Source: Planctomycetia bacterium
GTDB taxonomy: Bacteria; Planctomycetota; UBA8108; UBA1146
Length of the DNA stretch: 61,574 bases
Direction: 5' to 3'
NCBI GenBank assembly: GCA_012269595.1
Contig: JAAXJX010000050.1
Span: forward strand, 1,612-63,185
Each line of letters begins with the position of its first letter. Position 1 is the first letter of the stretch. Under the pieces are notes generated by a model. The model had not been told where the DNA came from. It searched no databases and was given only the letters and a program-made list of their open reading frames with translations. Both the position numbers and the translations under genes were made by a program. Positions 1-9,872 of this stretch are shown here, piece after piece.

Positions 1-1
1 A

Positions 2-2110
2 AATATCGAAACTTTCAGTCGCCAATTGCGTGCCATGGGCTACTCCTACGATTGGGAGCGTGAGTTTTCTACCTGCGATCCCTCTTACTACCATTGGACC
101 CAATGGATCTTCCTGAAGTTGCTTGAGCACAATCTCGCCTACCAGGAAGAGGCGCTGGTGAATTGGTGCCCCGCTTTGGGAACTGTGCTCGCCAACGATG
201 AAGTGATCGATGGCAAGAGCGAGCGCGGAGGTCACGAGGTGGTCCGCCAGCCGATGAAGCAGTGGATGCTGCGGATCACCGCTTATGCCGATCGTCTCCT
301 GGATGGTCTCGACGACATCGATTTTCCTGAATCCATCAAGTCGATGCAGCGCGATCGCATCGGGAAATCGGAAGGAGCAGACGCCCGCTTTGCCATTGAG
401 GGCTCTGACCACACTCTTGAGATCTTCACAACACGCCCTGATACCCTCTTTGGAGCCACCTTCTGTGTCCTGTCTCCGGAACACCCTCTCGTCGACGAAG
501 TGACCACTGACGAGCAGAAAGAAGCGGTTGATCAGTACCGTGAGGAAGCAGCGCGCAAAAGCGACATCGAACGATCGGGTACGGATGCGGGCAAGACCGG
601 TGTCTTCACCGGGGCCCATGCCGTCCATCCCTGCAGTGGAGAGAAGCTGCAGATCTGGATCGCCGACTACGTGCTGATGGGCTACGGAACCGGCGCCATC
701 ATGTGTGTTCCCGGGCATGACCAAAGGGACTGGGAATTTGCCAAGAACTTCGGACTCCCCATCGTCGAGGTGGTGAGCGGAGGCAAGGTTGAGGAAGAGG
801 CCTGGTCCGGTGATGGCCAAATGGTCAACAGTGACTTCCTCAACGGGTTGTCCAAGGATGAGGCGATCACCCGCATGATCTCCTGGCTTGAGGAGAGGGA
901 TATCGGTCACGGTGTGATCCGTTATCGCCTGCGCGACTGGATTTTTGCCCGTCAGCGTTACTGGGGAGAGCCGGTTCCGATGGTCTACGACGAAGAGGGC
1001 GTGGCCCATCCGCTGCCCGAATCGGCCTTGCCCCTGGAATTGCCCCATCTGGAAGATTTCGCTCCGACAGGAACCGGCAAGTCTCCGCTGGCACGGGCAG
1101 AGGAGTGGGTTGCGACCGAGGTTCCCGGAAGTGGCGCAGCCGGGACCCGGGAATTGGACACGATGCCGGGAAGTGCCGGGTCGAGTGCCTATTTCCTGCG
1201 TTTCATCGACCCGAAAAACGATCAGGCTTTGGTCGACCCGGAAAAAGCCCGCCGCTGGATGCCAGTGGACCTCTATCTGGGCGGAGCCGAGCATGCGGTG
1301 GGGCACCTGCTCTATTCCCGGTTCTGGACCAAGTTCCTGCACGATATCGGCGTCTGCCCGGTGGACGAGCCCTACGCCAAACTGGTGAATCAGGGAATGA
1401 TTCTCGGCGAAGACCATCGGAAGATGTCCAAGCGTTTTGGTAATGTCGTTGACCCCCTGGACGTCATCTCTGATCAGGGTGCGGACTCCCTGCGTGTCTA
1501 CGAGATGTTCATGGGACCCATCGAAGCGGACAAACCGTGGTCCACAGGAGGCCTGATGGGAGCCAGAAGGTTCCTTGATCGAGTCTGGCGCCTCTTCTTC
1601 GACGAGGATGACCAGCTGAGGGATTTTGACTCACCGGCCTCTGAAGATCAGATGAGAATCCTCCACAAAACCATCGCCAAGGTCGATGCAGATACGGAGA
1701 GCCTCTCCTTCAACACCGCCATTTCGCAAATGATGACCTTCGTCAATGAGATCACCGCTTGCGAGAATCGACCCAGAGAGATTCTGGAGCCCTTTTGCCT
1801 GCTGCTGGCCCCCTATGCTCCTCACCTCGCCGAGGAGTTGTGGAAACATCTGGGTCACGAATCCTCGTTGATGTGGGAGTCTTTCCCGGAGGTCGACGAA
1901 AAGTGGTTGGTCATCTCTTCTGTCGAGGTTCCTGTCCAGATCAATGGCAAGGTGCGGACCCGGATCGAAGTCGCAACTGAGATCACCGAGGAAGAGATTC
2001 GCCAAGTTGTCCTTGCTGACGAGCGGGTTCAGGAGTACACAGAAGGCAAGGAACTGGCAAAGTTTGTCTGGATCCCCGGAAGAATGGTCAACCTCGTCGT
2101 CAAAGGCTGA
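2..2110 (+). CDS. leuS: Leucine--tRNA ligase (5' end truncated by the window edge)
   Basis: Frame open from base 2 (NIETFSRQLRAMGYSYDW). Contains VNWCP, FTTRPDTLFG, RLRDW..RQRYWGEP, GGAEHA and the KMSKS-type motif RKMSKRFGN, plus C-terminal VQINGKVR. Confidence 0.98.
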   Translation, partial: NIETFSRQLRAMGYSYDWEREFSTCDPSYYHWTQWIFLKLLEHNLAYQEEALVNWCPALGTVLANDEVIDGKSERGGHEVVRQPMKQWMLRITAYADRLLDGLDDIDFPESIKSMQRDRIGKSEGADARFAIEGSDHTLEIFTTRPDTLFGATFCVLSPEHPLVDEVTTDEQKEAVDQYREEAARKSDIERSGTDAGKTGVFTGAHAVHPCSGEKLQIWIADYVLMGYGTGAIMCVPGHDQRDWEFAKNFGLPIVEVVSGGKVEEEAWSGDGQMVNSDFLNGLSKDEAITRMISWLEERDIGHGVIRYRLRDWIFARQRYWGEPVPMVYDEEGVAHPLPESALPLELPHLEDFAPTGTGKSPLARAEEWVATEVPGSGAAGTRELDTMPGSAGSSAYFLRFIDPKNDQALVDPEKARRWMPVDLYLGGAEHAVGHLLYSRFWTKFLHDIGVCPVDEPYAKLVNQGMILGEDHRKMSKRFGNVVDPLDVISDQGADSLRVYEMFMGPIEADKPWSTGGLMGARRFLDRVWRLFFDEDDQLRDFDSPASEDQMRILHKTIAKVDADTESLSFNTAISQMMTFVNEITACENRPREILEPFCLLLAPYAPHLAEELWKHLGHESSLMWESFPEVDEKWLVISSVEVPVQINGKVRTRIEVATEITEEEIRQVVLADERVQEYTEGKELAKFVWIPGRMVNLVVKG

Positions 2111-2214
2111 CGGTCGATCAGAACAGTTCGGGTGATTCCCCTCCGGTTCCCGAGTCCCCTGAAACAGGGGATGATCAACATGAACAGACGGCTTCAGGGC
2201 CGGGTCTTCAGGAA

Positions 2215-2254
2215 CGACCGAGGCTGCCGACTGGCGCCTCGGTCGATTTTTTTT
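2215..2254 (+). terminator. Intrinsic terminator downstream of leuS
   Basis: Stem CGACCGAGGC (2215-2224) / GCCTCGGTCG (2236-2245) followed by A and 8 T. Confidence 0.75.
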
Positions 2255-2308
2255 GTGCGGTTGAACTGTTCGCCCCAGTTCATCGTTATGCAGGAGTAAA
2301 GGAGCACC

Positions 2309-2755
2309 ATGAGCCAACAATTGATCGCGGAACTGACCCGTTCTTACTGGATGGAAATCGAAACCACCATGAACTACCTCTCTGCCTCCACCAATCTGGT
2401 GGGAGTTCAGGCGGAGCCGATCAAGCAGGCTTTGGCAGCGGATGTTCTGGAGGAGATCCAGCATGCCCAGGCACTGGCCCGAAGAATCCACATTCTTGGG
2501 GGTACCGTTCCCGGGAGCATGGATTTCTCCGCCGTGCAGAAGTCGATGCAGCCCAACAGTGAAGCCACGGATGTGGTCGCTGTCATCAAGGGTGTGATCG
2601 ATAACGAGGAAGCGGCCATCGCCCAATACAAGAAGACCATCAAGCTGTGCGAAGATGATCCCGTCACCGAGGATATCTGTGTCACTCTGTTGGCCGATGA
2701 AGAAGAGCACCTGCGTCTTTTCCAGGGCTATCTGTACGAGTTCGAAAACCGCTAG
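2309..2755 (+). CDS. Ferritin-like (bacterioferritin/rubrerythrin superfamily) di-iron protein
   Basis: AAGGAG RBS; 148 aa; di-iron ligand pattern E...EEIQH...E...DEEEH. Confidence 0.85.
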   Translation: MSQQLIAELTRSYWMEIETTMNYLSASTNLVGVQAEPIKQALAADVLEEIQHAQALARRIHILGGTVPGSMDFSAVQKSMQPNSEATDVVAVIKGVIDNEEAAIAQYKKTIKLCEDDPVTEDICVTLLADEEEHLRLFQGYLYEFENR

Positions 2756-2764
2756 ACCGGTTCG

Positions 2765-4144
2765 TCAGACCATTTCAGAGGGAACGACCCATTCATCGAA
2801 TTGGGCACCGCTGCAGTAACCTTTTTCGATAGCGACTTCCCGAAGGGTTTTGCCTTCTGCATGCGCAGTCTTCGCGACGTCCGCAGCATTGTCGTAACCG
2901 ATGTGTGGGTTGAGAGCGGTCACCAGCATCAAGGATCGGTGGAGCAGTTCATCGATCCGTTCCTGAACCGGCTCGATGCCACCGGCACAATTCTCCCGGA
3001 ATGAATCCATCGATGCCGCGAGGATGTCGATGGACTGAAGAATGCAGTCACCGATCACGGGCATGTAGACATTCAACTCAAAGTTGCCCAAAGCGCCACT
3101 GAAGCCGATGGTGCTGTCGTTGCCGATTACTCGGGCGCAGACCATCGTCATCGCTTCCGATTGGGTCGGATTGACTTTGCCGGGCATGATGGAAGATCCG
3201 GGTTCATTGGCGGGAATCGTGATTTCACCGATTCCACAACGGGGACCACTGGCAAGCCAGCGGACGTCATTGGCAATCTTGTGCAGGGCGGTGGCGAGGG
3301 TTTTGAGTCCTCCGGACAGGGCAACCAGAGCTTCTTTACCGCCCAGTTGGGCAAACTTGTCTGGTGCAGCCACAAAAGGGATACCGGTGGTTCCGGCAAG
3401 CACCAGCGGAACCATTTCAGAGTAACCTTCGCGGGTGTTGAGACCGGTTCCCACAGCAGTTCCACCGATCGGCAACTCACAAACCAATTCGAGAGCGGCT
3501 TTGATCTGGTGTTCACTGATGCGCAGCTGGTCTGCCCAGCCACCGATTTCCTGACCGAGCGTCAGCGGAGTTGCATCTTGCAGATGGGTTCTGCCGATCT
3601 TGACGATGCCCGAGTACTTCTCTGCCAATTCGGTGAAACACCCCCGCAATGATTCGAGAGCCGGGAGCAATCGGTCATGGCATTCGGATGCACACGCTAC
3701 ATGAATCGCCGTCGGAAAAGAGTCATTGGTACTTTGGGCGTGATTGACATGATCATTCGGGTGAACAGGACTCTTGCTGCCCAGAGGTTGCCCGAGGATC
3801 TGGTTGGCCCGGTTGGCGATGACTTCGTTGCTGTTCATGTTCGACTGGGTCCCTGATCCTGTCTGGTAGACGACCAGAGGGAAGTGATCATCCAGATCAC
3901 CGCGGATCACTTCTTCGGCAGCACCATCGATCGCCTGAGCGACCTCCGTTGGAATCCCTCCCAACTCGGCATTCACACGGGCAGCGGCCTGTTTGACCAG
4001 TCCCATCGCACGGATCATCGGACGCCGCATCCTTTCTGAGCCGATACGAAAGTTCTGCAGGGATCTTTGGGTCTGTGCTCCCCAGAGACGATCGGCGGGG
4101 ACTTCGATGTCGCCCATGGTGTCTTTCTCGATGCGGTGATCCAT
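2765..4144 (-). CDS. fumC: Class II fumarate hydratase
   Basis: [31 protein letters not shown] and signature [15 protein letters not shown]. Confidence 0.97.
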   Translation of the reverse strand: MDHRIEKDTMGDIEVPADRLWGAQTQRSLQNFRIGSERMRRPMIRAMGLVKQAAARVNAELGGIPTEVAQAIDGAAEEVIRGDLDDHFPLVVYQTGSGTQSNMNSNEVIANRANQILGQPLGSKSPVHPNDHVNHAQSTNDSFPTAIHVACASECHDRLLPALESLRGCFTELAEKYSGIVKIGRTHLQDATPLTLGQEIGGWADQLRISEHQIKAALELVCELPIGGTAVGTGLNTREGYSEMVPLVLAGTTGIPFVAAPDKFAQLGGKEALVALSGGLKTLATALHKIANDVRWLASGPRCGIGEITIPANEPGSSIMPGKVNPTQSEAMTMVCARVIGNDSTIGFSGALGNFELNVYMPVIGDCILQSIDILAASMDSFRENCAGGIEPVQERIDELLHRSLMLVTALNPHIGYDNAADVAKTAHAEGKTLREVAIEKGYCSGAQFDEWVVPSEMV

Positions 4145-4308
4145 TGGGATTCCTCTCCTGTGCCTGCTGCCAAATTACCCCATGGAGAGTACCCCGGGCC
4201 ACCGATGCCGAGCCTGTTCCCGACTCTTTCGCTCACTCGCCCGGAGGCGGAGGAGGATTTACAATCCCGGGATATTTCACCGGATTTGTGATCTGTGGAG
4301 GAGTCGGC

Positions 4309-7300
4309 ATGAGAGTCGGGATGAGGAAGCCAGTACCAAGCATTGCGACATGGAGTCTGCTGACCGCATTTCTGCTGTGGTTGCCCCATGCTGCCCGAGC
4401 CCAGGATGGGCCCTGGGAAGAGATGGATTACGGCCCTTTTCTTTCCGCAGCCATCGAAGTTTCTCCGGACAACATTGCCTGCAAGGGCATCGCAATTCCT
4501 CTTTCCAGAGATGGTGCTCATGCTGCACTTTTTGATACCGCTGAACTGCGTTGGGCGGCGGTTTGGGAGGGCGATTTTGTCGAACTCCGGGGCATCGTGT
4601 ACGACGGTCCTCATGGCACCTGGCCGGAGATTGCCGGCGAACCTGATTGGCAAAACCCTGCAGGTCCGGGAGTGACCCTTTTGAAAGGCCGATGGGAAGA
4701 TCCCAGAGAAGTTCCTTTTGGCCCACTTCCTCCAGAGAAGGGGCGTTGGCAGGGTCTTCAGCGGGATCGTCAGGGGATTCTGCTGCATTATTCCCTGGGT
4801 GAAGCCAATGTCTTCGAACGGATGGCTTATCTTGAAGAGTCGGAAGTCGGCTTCTGGAAGCGCTCCATCCACTTGCGAAACAACTCGAAGGGGTTGCAGT
4901 TTTCGCTGATGGAATTGCCGGAGGGTGCTTCACTCGAAGCAGACGGAGACAGTCGAGGGGTCTGGACACTCCGCTTTCCGGATGGTTCCGGTTTTCTTCT
5001 CGGATTTGAAAACCGGCAGAAGTGGCGATTGGTCATTGATGACCAGCGACTGATATTGCAGATCCCTCCCACAGCGGAGGATGTTTATTCCCATCTTTAT
5101 CTTTCCCGCTTTGAGGAAGAGCCACCCCTACGCCAGTTCGAGTCTCTGCGTCGACGCACTTATCTGATCAATCCATCCCCGTTGGGTGAAACCTGGGGGA
5201 CCGGTTCCTTTCCCGCTCTTTACGACGAGAAGCTGGAACTGTCAGGGGAGATCGGTTTCAGAAGTGATGAGACTGGAGAGCTGCAGGAGAGACAGCGACT
5301 CACGGGCTCCCTGCCTGCAGACCGGGATCTGGAATTGGGCAAGCAGAGAAGGGTGCATGTTCTCGATTTGAGCGGGAAAGAGCTGGAGTTTCCCGCACCT
5401 CTGGAAAAGACGGTTCTTGTCGTCGAGGAGACGTTGCCACCGGCACCCTTTGCAGGCTGGAACTGCGATGAAAGTGCCGGAGAGAAGATGCAGAGTGTGG
5501 TCGATGGTGAAAAAGATCTGCTTCTCGACGGTGTGACCTGGCGTCGCGGAGTTCAGGGGCGGGCCCTCGATTTTGATGGCACCGGCAAGGCACGCTGGTT
5601 GCGTTCACCCGGAGATCTTCTCTTTGATGAGGACTTCACCTTTTCGACCTGGATCTGTACGACCAAGGACGGATCCATCTTTTCACAGACCCAGCCGGAA
5701 GGCTCCTGGATCCCGGGTGGAAAAACTTTTTTCATTCGTGACGGTCGCCTTTGTTTTGATGTCGGTTGGGTGGGAGTCATCGAGGGGGATCGATTTATCT
5801 CAGATGGTCGCTGGCGTCATGTGGCCTTTTCATGGGATGCAGATAATTTCCGTGTCGAACTCTTTGTGGATGGTGTTCGTGAGACTGGCGCCATTCTTGA
5901 ACCGGAAAACGAAACGAAGAATACCGTCACGACCATCGGGTTTACCGCGGAAGACTTTCCAGCAGAGTCCTGGTTCAGTGGATACATGGACGGTCTTCGA
6001 TTGCACCGGGGAGTCCTTGAAGAAGAGCAGCTTCGCGCAGTCGCTTCCGAAGGAGGCGAACCGCTGATCGAGGCGCTGGCGATCACCGGAGAGATTGAAA
6101 ATGCCATTTGGGAAGCAGATACGGAAAGTGCCCGGATCGTTCTGACTGCAGAACCTCAGGAGCTTCGAGTGGTTTTTCACCGGTGGTGGGGCCCACTGTC
6201 AAAGATTCAGGAGTTTCTGGGAAGACTTTCACAGGAGGATTCAGAGCAGCCCACCGATCCTTTCGAGATCGACAGGATCAGCTGGCCTGAAGAAAACCCG
6301 TGGAACTCATGGATGCGTTTTGGGGATTTTGATTTTCTCGCCGGTGGCCAGAGTGCGGTCATCTCAACCTGGAGTGGGGATGTCTGGAGAGTGGATGGAC
6401 TTGATGACACTCTTGAAAAACTGCAATGGCAGCGCATCGCAACCGGGCTCAGTCAGCCCCTGGGGCTGTTGACCCGTGCTCAGGGAGATGGAGAACAGAT
6501 CCTGGTCATGGGCCGTGATCAGATCACGGAACTGGTCGACCTCGATGGCGACGGAGAGACGGACCTTTACCGCGGCTTCAATGTGGATCCGATGAATTCC
6601 CCCCATTTTCATGAGCCGGCGGTGGGATTGCAGGAAGGACCGCAGGGCAAACTCTATTACCTGAAAGCGGCTCGCCATGCCAAGTTGCCCCTGCATCCCC
6701 AGCATGGAACCCTCATTGAAGTGGAGGCGGATGGCAGCACTTCACGGGTGATTGCCACAGGATTCAGGGCCCCCAACGGTCTGGCCGTCGATTCGGCTGG
6801 TCTCTTTTGGGGGTCTGATCAAGAGGGCCACTGGATGCCGGCGAATCGGATCAATCGCATTACCCGTGGCTCTTTTCAGGGGAATCACTGGAGTGGAAGC
6901 ATGCTCTCCGGGGAGAGAGAGATGGGCAGTGCCCATGATCCTCCCCTGTTGTGGATTCATCCGACGGTGGATCGTTCGCCTTCCGCCCAGCTCAGGGTTC
7001 CTGAAGGAGCCTGGGAAGAGCTTTCAGGCAAACTGCTGGGTCTCTCTTACGGCACCGGTGAAGTCTATCTGATTCTTGAAGATGAAGTCGAAGGCGTTCA
7101 TCAGGGAGCTCTTGTTCCTCTGCCCATCAGGATTCCCACCGGGGCGATGCGGGGTCGATTCCATCCGGATGGCAGCCTTTATCTTTGCGGTCTATTCGGA
7201 TGGTCTTCGGACAGAACCGAACCGGGCGGTTTCTATCGGGTGAGAAAAACCGAGACAGCCCAACCTCTGCCGTTGAAGATCCGGGCTGTGGAATCCGGTT

Positions 7301-7629
7301 TGGTGATCGAGTTCAGCGAAGCGATCACCACTTCGGAAGAGAGGTTGACCGATGCCTTTCAATTGGAGGGCTGGGACTATCGATACAGCAGCAACTACGG
7401 ATCACCCCGACTGAAGCTGGGTGGTGGGGGAGAAGGCACGACCCGGTTGCCGGTGGAGGAAGTCAAACTCTCCAACGGTGATCGAAGTGTGCATTTGAAG
7501 ATCGAAGGAATGCAGCCGGCGATGCAGATGAATCTGGACTGGTCTCTGGATTTTGGCAATCTGGGCCAGCACTCATCCTCTATTCACTTCACTGTGCATC
7601 GATTGGCCGGTGAAGGCCAGGGTCGCTAG
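4309..7629 (+). CDS. Secreted multidomain protein: DUF6797-like N-terminus, LamG/ConA-like domain, sugar-dehydrogenase-like beta-propeller
   Basis: GGAGGAG RBS before ATG 4309; signal peptide ending ARA-Q; MDYGPF...KGIAI; LamG-like FTFSTWI...DGRWRHVAFSW...LFVDG; propeller motifs GFRAPNG, DQEGHW, GAMRGRF. Confidence 0.7.
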   Translation: MRVGMRKPVPSIATWSLLTAFLLWLPHAARAQDGPWEEMDYGPFLSAAIEVSPDNIACKGIAIPLSRDGAHAALFDTAELRWAAVWEGDFVELRGIVYDGPHGTWPEIAGEPDWQNPAGPGVTLLKGRWEDPREVPFGPLPPEKGRWQGLQRDRQGILLHYSLGEANVFERMAYLEESEVGFWKRSIHLRNNSKGLQFSLMELPEGASLEADGDSRGVWTLRFPDGSGFLLGFENRQKWRLVIDDQRLILQIPPTAEDVYSHLYLSRFEEEPPLRQFESLRRRTYLINPSPLGETWGTGSFPALYDEKLELSGEIGFRSDETGELQERQRLTGSLPADRDLELGKQRRVHVLDLSGKELEFPAPLEKTVLVVEETLPPAPFAGWNCDESAGEKMQSVVDGEKDLLLDGVTWRRGVQGRALDFDGTGKARWLRSPGDLLFDEDFTFSTWICTTKDGSIFSQTQPEGSWIPGGKTFFIRDGRLCFDVGWVGVIEGDRFISDGRWRHVAFSWDADNFRVELFVDGVRETGAILEPENETKNTVTTIGFTAEDFPAESWFSGYMDGLRLHRGVLEEEQLRAVASEGGEPLIEALAITGEIENAIWEADTESARIVLTAEPQELRVVFHRWWGPLSKIQEFLGRLSQEDSEQPTDPFEIDRISWPEENPWNSWMRFGDFDFLAGGQSAVISTWSGDVWRVDGLDDTLEKLQWQRIATGLSQPLGLLTRAQGDGEQILVMGRDQITELVDLDGDGETDLYRGFNVDPMNSPHFHEPAVGLQEGPQGKLYYLKAARHAKLPLHPQHGTLIEVEADGSTSRVIATGFRAPNGLAVDSAGLFWGSDQEGHWMPANRINRITRGSFQGNHWSGSMLSGEREMGSAHDPPLLWIHPTVDRSPSAQLRVPEGAWEELSGKLLGLSYGTGEVYLILEDEVEGVHQGALVPLPIRIPTGAMRGRFHPDGSLYLCGLFGWSSDRTEPGGFYRVRKTETAQPLPLKIRAVESGLVIEFSEAITTSEERLTDAFQLEGWDYRYSSNYGSPRLKLGGGGEGTTRLPVEEVKLSNGDRSVHLKIEGMQPAMQMNLDWSLDFGNLGQHSSSIHFTVHRLAGEGQGR

Positions 7630-7637
7630 AGGGGTGT

Positions 7638-8276
7638 CTACAGTTCCGTCGCTCGCCAGCAATACCAGCTGGCGATGGAACGGTATGGGGCCCAGCGTCG
7701 GGCACGTTTTTCCAGTTGGGGAATCGTCAGATCCTGACGACGGTTGAGGATGATGGTGGCTCCCTTGCGAACCCCGAGGTCGTTGGCGGGAAGAACATCC
7801 GGCCTTGCCAACTGAAAAATCAGCAGCATTTGTACTGTCCATACACCAACACCATGGACTGCGGTCAGCTTCTCGATGATCTCTTCATCATCCATCCGAC
7901 CCAGTTTTGCAAATCCGGGCAGCAATCGTTGCTTTTGAAAAGTCGCAAGATCACGGATAGCTTTCAGTTTCGGTCGTGACAGGCCTGCAGATCGAAGTTT
8001 CGTTTCGGACATTCGCAGGAGTCGATCGGGGTTTGGACGGTATCCGGGAAACAGTTTCAGGAAATTTCCATGAATCGTTGCTGCCGCCGAACCGGTGATC
8101 TGTTGATAGACGATAGCCCGGAGCAGGTACTCGTAGACGGAGCGGGCTCTCTGGACAGTCAGCTGCTGTCCACGGTTCGCCTGGATGACTTTTTCGAAAG
8201 CAGGTTCATTCTCCAACAGAACTGAGACCGCTTTCTTCCAGCCACTGCGGTTTGGGAAAAAAGCGGACTCAGCCAT
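7638..8276 (-). CDS. DNA-3-methyladenine glycosylase II (AlkA family, HhH-GPD)
   Basis: IVYQQI, HhH motif LTAVHGVGVWT, DVLPANDLGVR, WAPYRS. Confidence 0.9.
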   Translation of the reverse strand: MAESAFFPNRSGWKKAVSVLLENEPAFEKVIQANRGQQLTVQRARSVYEYLLRAIVYQQITGSAAATIHGNFLKLFPGYRPNPDRLLRMSETKLRSAGLSRPKLKAIRDLATFQKQRLLPGFAKLGRMDDEEIIEKLTAVHGVGVWTVQMLLIFQLARPDVLPANDLGVRKGATIILNRRQDLTIPQLEKRARRWAPYRSIASWYCWRATEL

Positions 8277-8311
8277 GGACTTTTACCTTCGTTGGAGATG
8301 GCCTGCTGTGA

Positions 8312-9790
8312 TCAACGATCGTTGTCGAGACCTGGATTGGGAAAGATCTTTGATGGAAAACGACTGTTGCGACTGACTTCGAGTAACTCCTGAAGCCGTT
8401 CAGGCTCCGTAGAAGCAAGATCCTTCTTTTCCCCGGGATCTTCCTTCAGGTTGAACAGTTTGGTTGCAGGGTTTTTCTTGCCGAGACGGCGGCGAACCAA
8501 TTTCCAGTCGCCAAGGCGAAGAGCCTGTTGGTCTCCGTGTTCCCAATACAGGGGTTTAGTCCTGTCGAAGTTACCTCCGTGAAAGATGGGGAGCAGGCTG
8601 TGGCCGTCGTGGGGACGATCATCTGCCAGGCCGGCCAATTCGAGAACTGTGGGAAAGACATCCGGGAAGTAACTGGGAAAGTCACTTTCAGATCCGGCAG
8701 CAACTTTTCCTGGCCAACGAACCAGGAAGGGAACTCTCAGACCCCCTTCGAGAACACTGCCCTTCAAGCCGCTGAGCTCACCGGTACTGTCGAAGAATTC
8801 ATAGTCGACCCCTCCGGCCCAGGTGGTGCCGTTGTCACTGCTGAACATAACGATGGTGTTCTCTGCCAAGCCCAGTTTCTCGAGCCGATCGAGAAGAGCA
8901 CCGACCTCTCGATCAAGGTGGGTGATCATCGCAGCATAGGCAGCGCGGGGTCGAGGATGCGGCAGATAACTGCCTCCCAGATAAGGTTCTGTATCCCACT
9001 CTCGGGGATAGGCATCCAGATCTTCGACGGGAACCTGCAGGGCAACGTGGGGAATTGGACTGGGGTAGTAGAGGAAGAAGGGTTGATTGCTGGTGTGGGC
9101 TTTATCGATGAAGCCGAGGGCTTCCTCGAGGAAGACATCGGCCATGTATCTCTCACGGAGGTAACGGTCGTAATATTCCTGCTCCGTGGCGAGGGGTTCC
9201 TTGATTTTTTGATGCGCCTTGAACCAGCCATTGCCTTCGAGAATGACCTTCTCACCATTCTTCCACAGGTGATTGGGATAGAAGTTGTGGGCCTTGCGCT
9301 GGCAGATCACGGTGCAGGAGTGATCGAAACCCTGAACCTCAGGTGCACCGGTGGTACCCGGACCGCCCAGACCCCACTTGCCGAAGACACCGGTGGTGTA
9401 ACCCGCTTCTTTGAGAAGGCTCGCCATCGTTCGGGTACCCGTTGGCAGGGGGTACTGACCTTCCGGCTGGAATTCACCCCAACCACCATTTTCCCAGTTG
9501 TTGCGCACCAGAGAATGACCGCAGTGCAGGCCGGTCATCAGGACGCAACGGGAAGATGCACAGACCGGAGCCCCGGAATAATGCTGGGTAAAGCGCATCC
9601 CCTCTGCGGCCAGAGCATCCAGACGGGGAGTCTTGATCTTCTCCTGACCGTAACTGCCCAATTCCCGGTAACCCAGATCATCAGCGAGAATGTAGATGAT
9701 ATTGGGAGGCGGGCCCATATCTGCAAACACAGGAACCGCAAGAAACACCATCAAGAGCATCGGAATCACAGAAAAATGGAGCAGTTTCAT
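8312..9790 (-). CDS. Secreted formylglycine-dependent sulfatase (arylsulfatase, family S1)
   Basis: Start reassigned to MKLLHF (GGGAGG RBS); PNIIYILADDLG, CASSR..LMTG (CxxxR), GKWGLG, SSDNG, EGGLRVP. Confidence 0.93.
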   Translation of the reverse strand: MKLLHFSVIPMLLMVFLAVPVFADMGPPPNIIYILADDLGYRELGSYGQEKIKTPRLDALAAEGMRFTQHYSGAPVCASSRCVLMTGLHCGHSLVRNNWENGGWGEFQPEGQYPLPTGTRTMASLLKEAGYTTGVFGKWGLGGPGTTGAPEVQGFDHSCTVICQRKAHNFYPNHLWKNGEKVILEGNGWFKAHQKIKEPLATEQEYYDRYLRERYMADVFLEEALGFIDKAHTSNQPFFLYYPSPIPHVALQVPVEDLDAYPREWDTEPYLGGSYLPHPRPRAAYAAMITHLDREVGALLDRLEKLGLAENTIVMFSSDNGTTWAGGVDYEFFDSTGELSGLKGSVLEGGLRVPFLVRWPGKVAAGSESDFPSYFPDVFPTVLELAGLADDRPHDGHSLLPIFHGGNFDRTKPLYWEHGDQQALRLGDWKLVRRRLGKKNPATKLFNLKEDPGEKKDLASTEPERLQELLEVSRNSRFPSKIFPNPGLDNDR

Positions 9791-9872
9791 GAAGCCTCCC
9801 TTGGAGGCAGGGTACCCCCTGTGGGAATCACTGCTATCCTGAATCCGAACCCCTCTTTGGAAACCTGAATTC

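Noticed and set aside
2111-2250. tRNA-Sec, SRP RNA or 6S RNA in the leuS spacer
   Set aside because: No T-loop or acceptor stem around CTTCA and no SRP GGAA-loop/AGCAG motif; only weak resemblance to 6S.
4075-4308. Upstream extensions given by the ORF track (also to 10024, 11614, 21317, 43923 and from 17925, 24553, 55643)
   Set aside because: Most overlap neighbouring genes, and downstream starts have clear RBSs and signal peptides or family-typical N-termini.
8528-9868. Long opposite-strand ORFs (also 1631-2710, 12647-13786, 24769-25854, 43751-44989, 54823-55977)
   Set aside because: Each overlaps well-supported genes on the other strand and has no family motifs.
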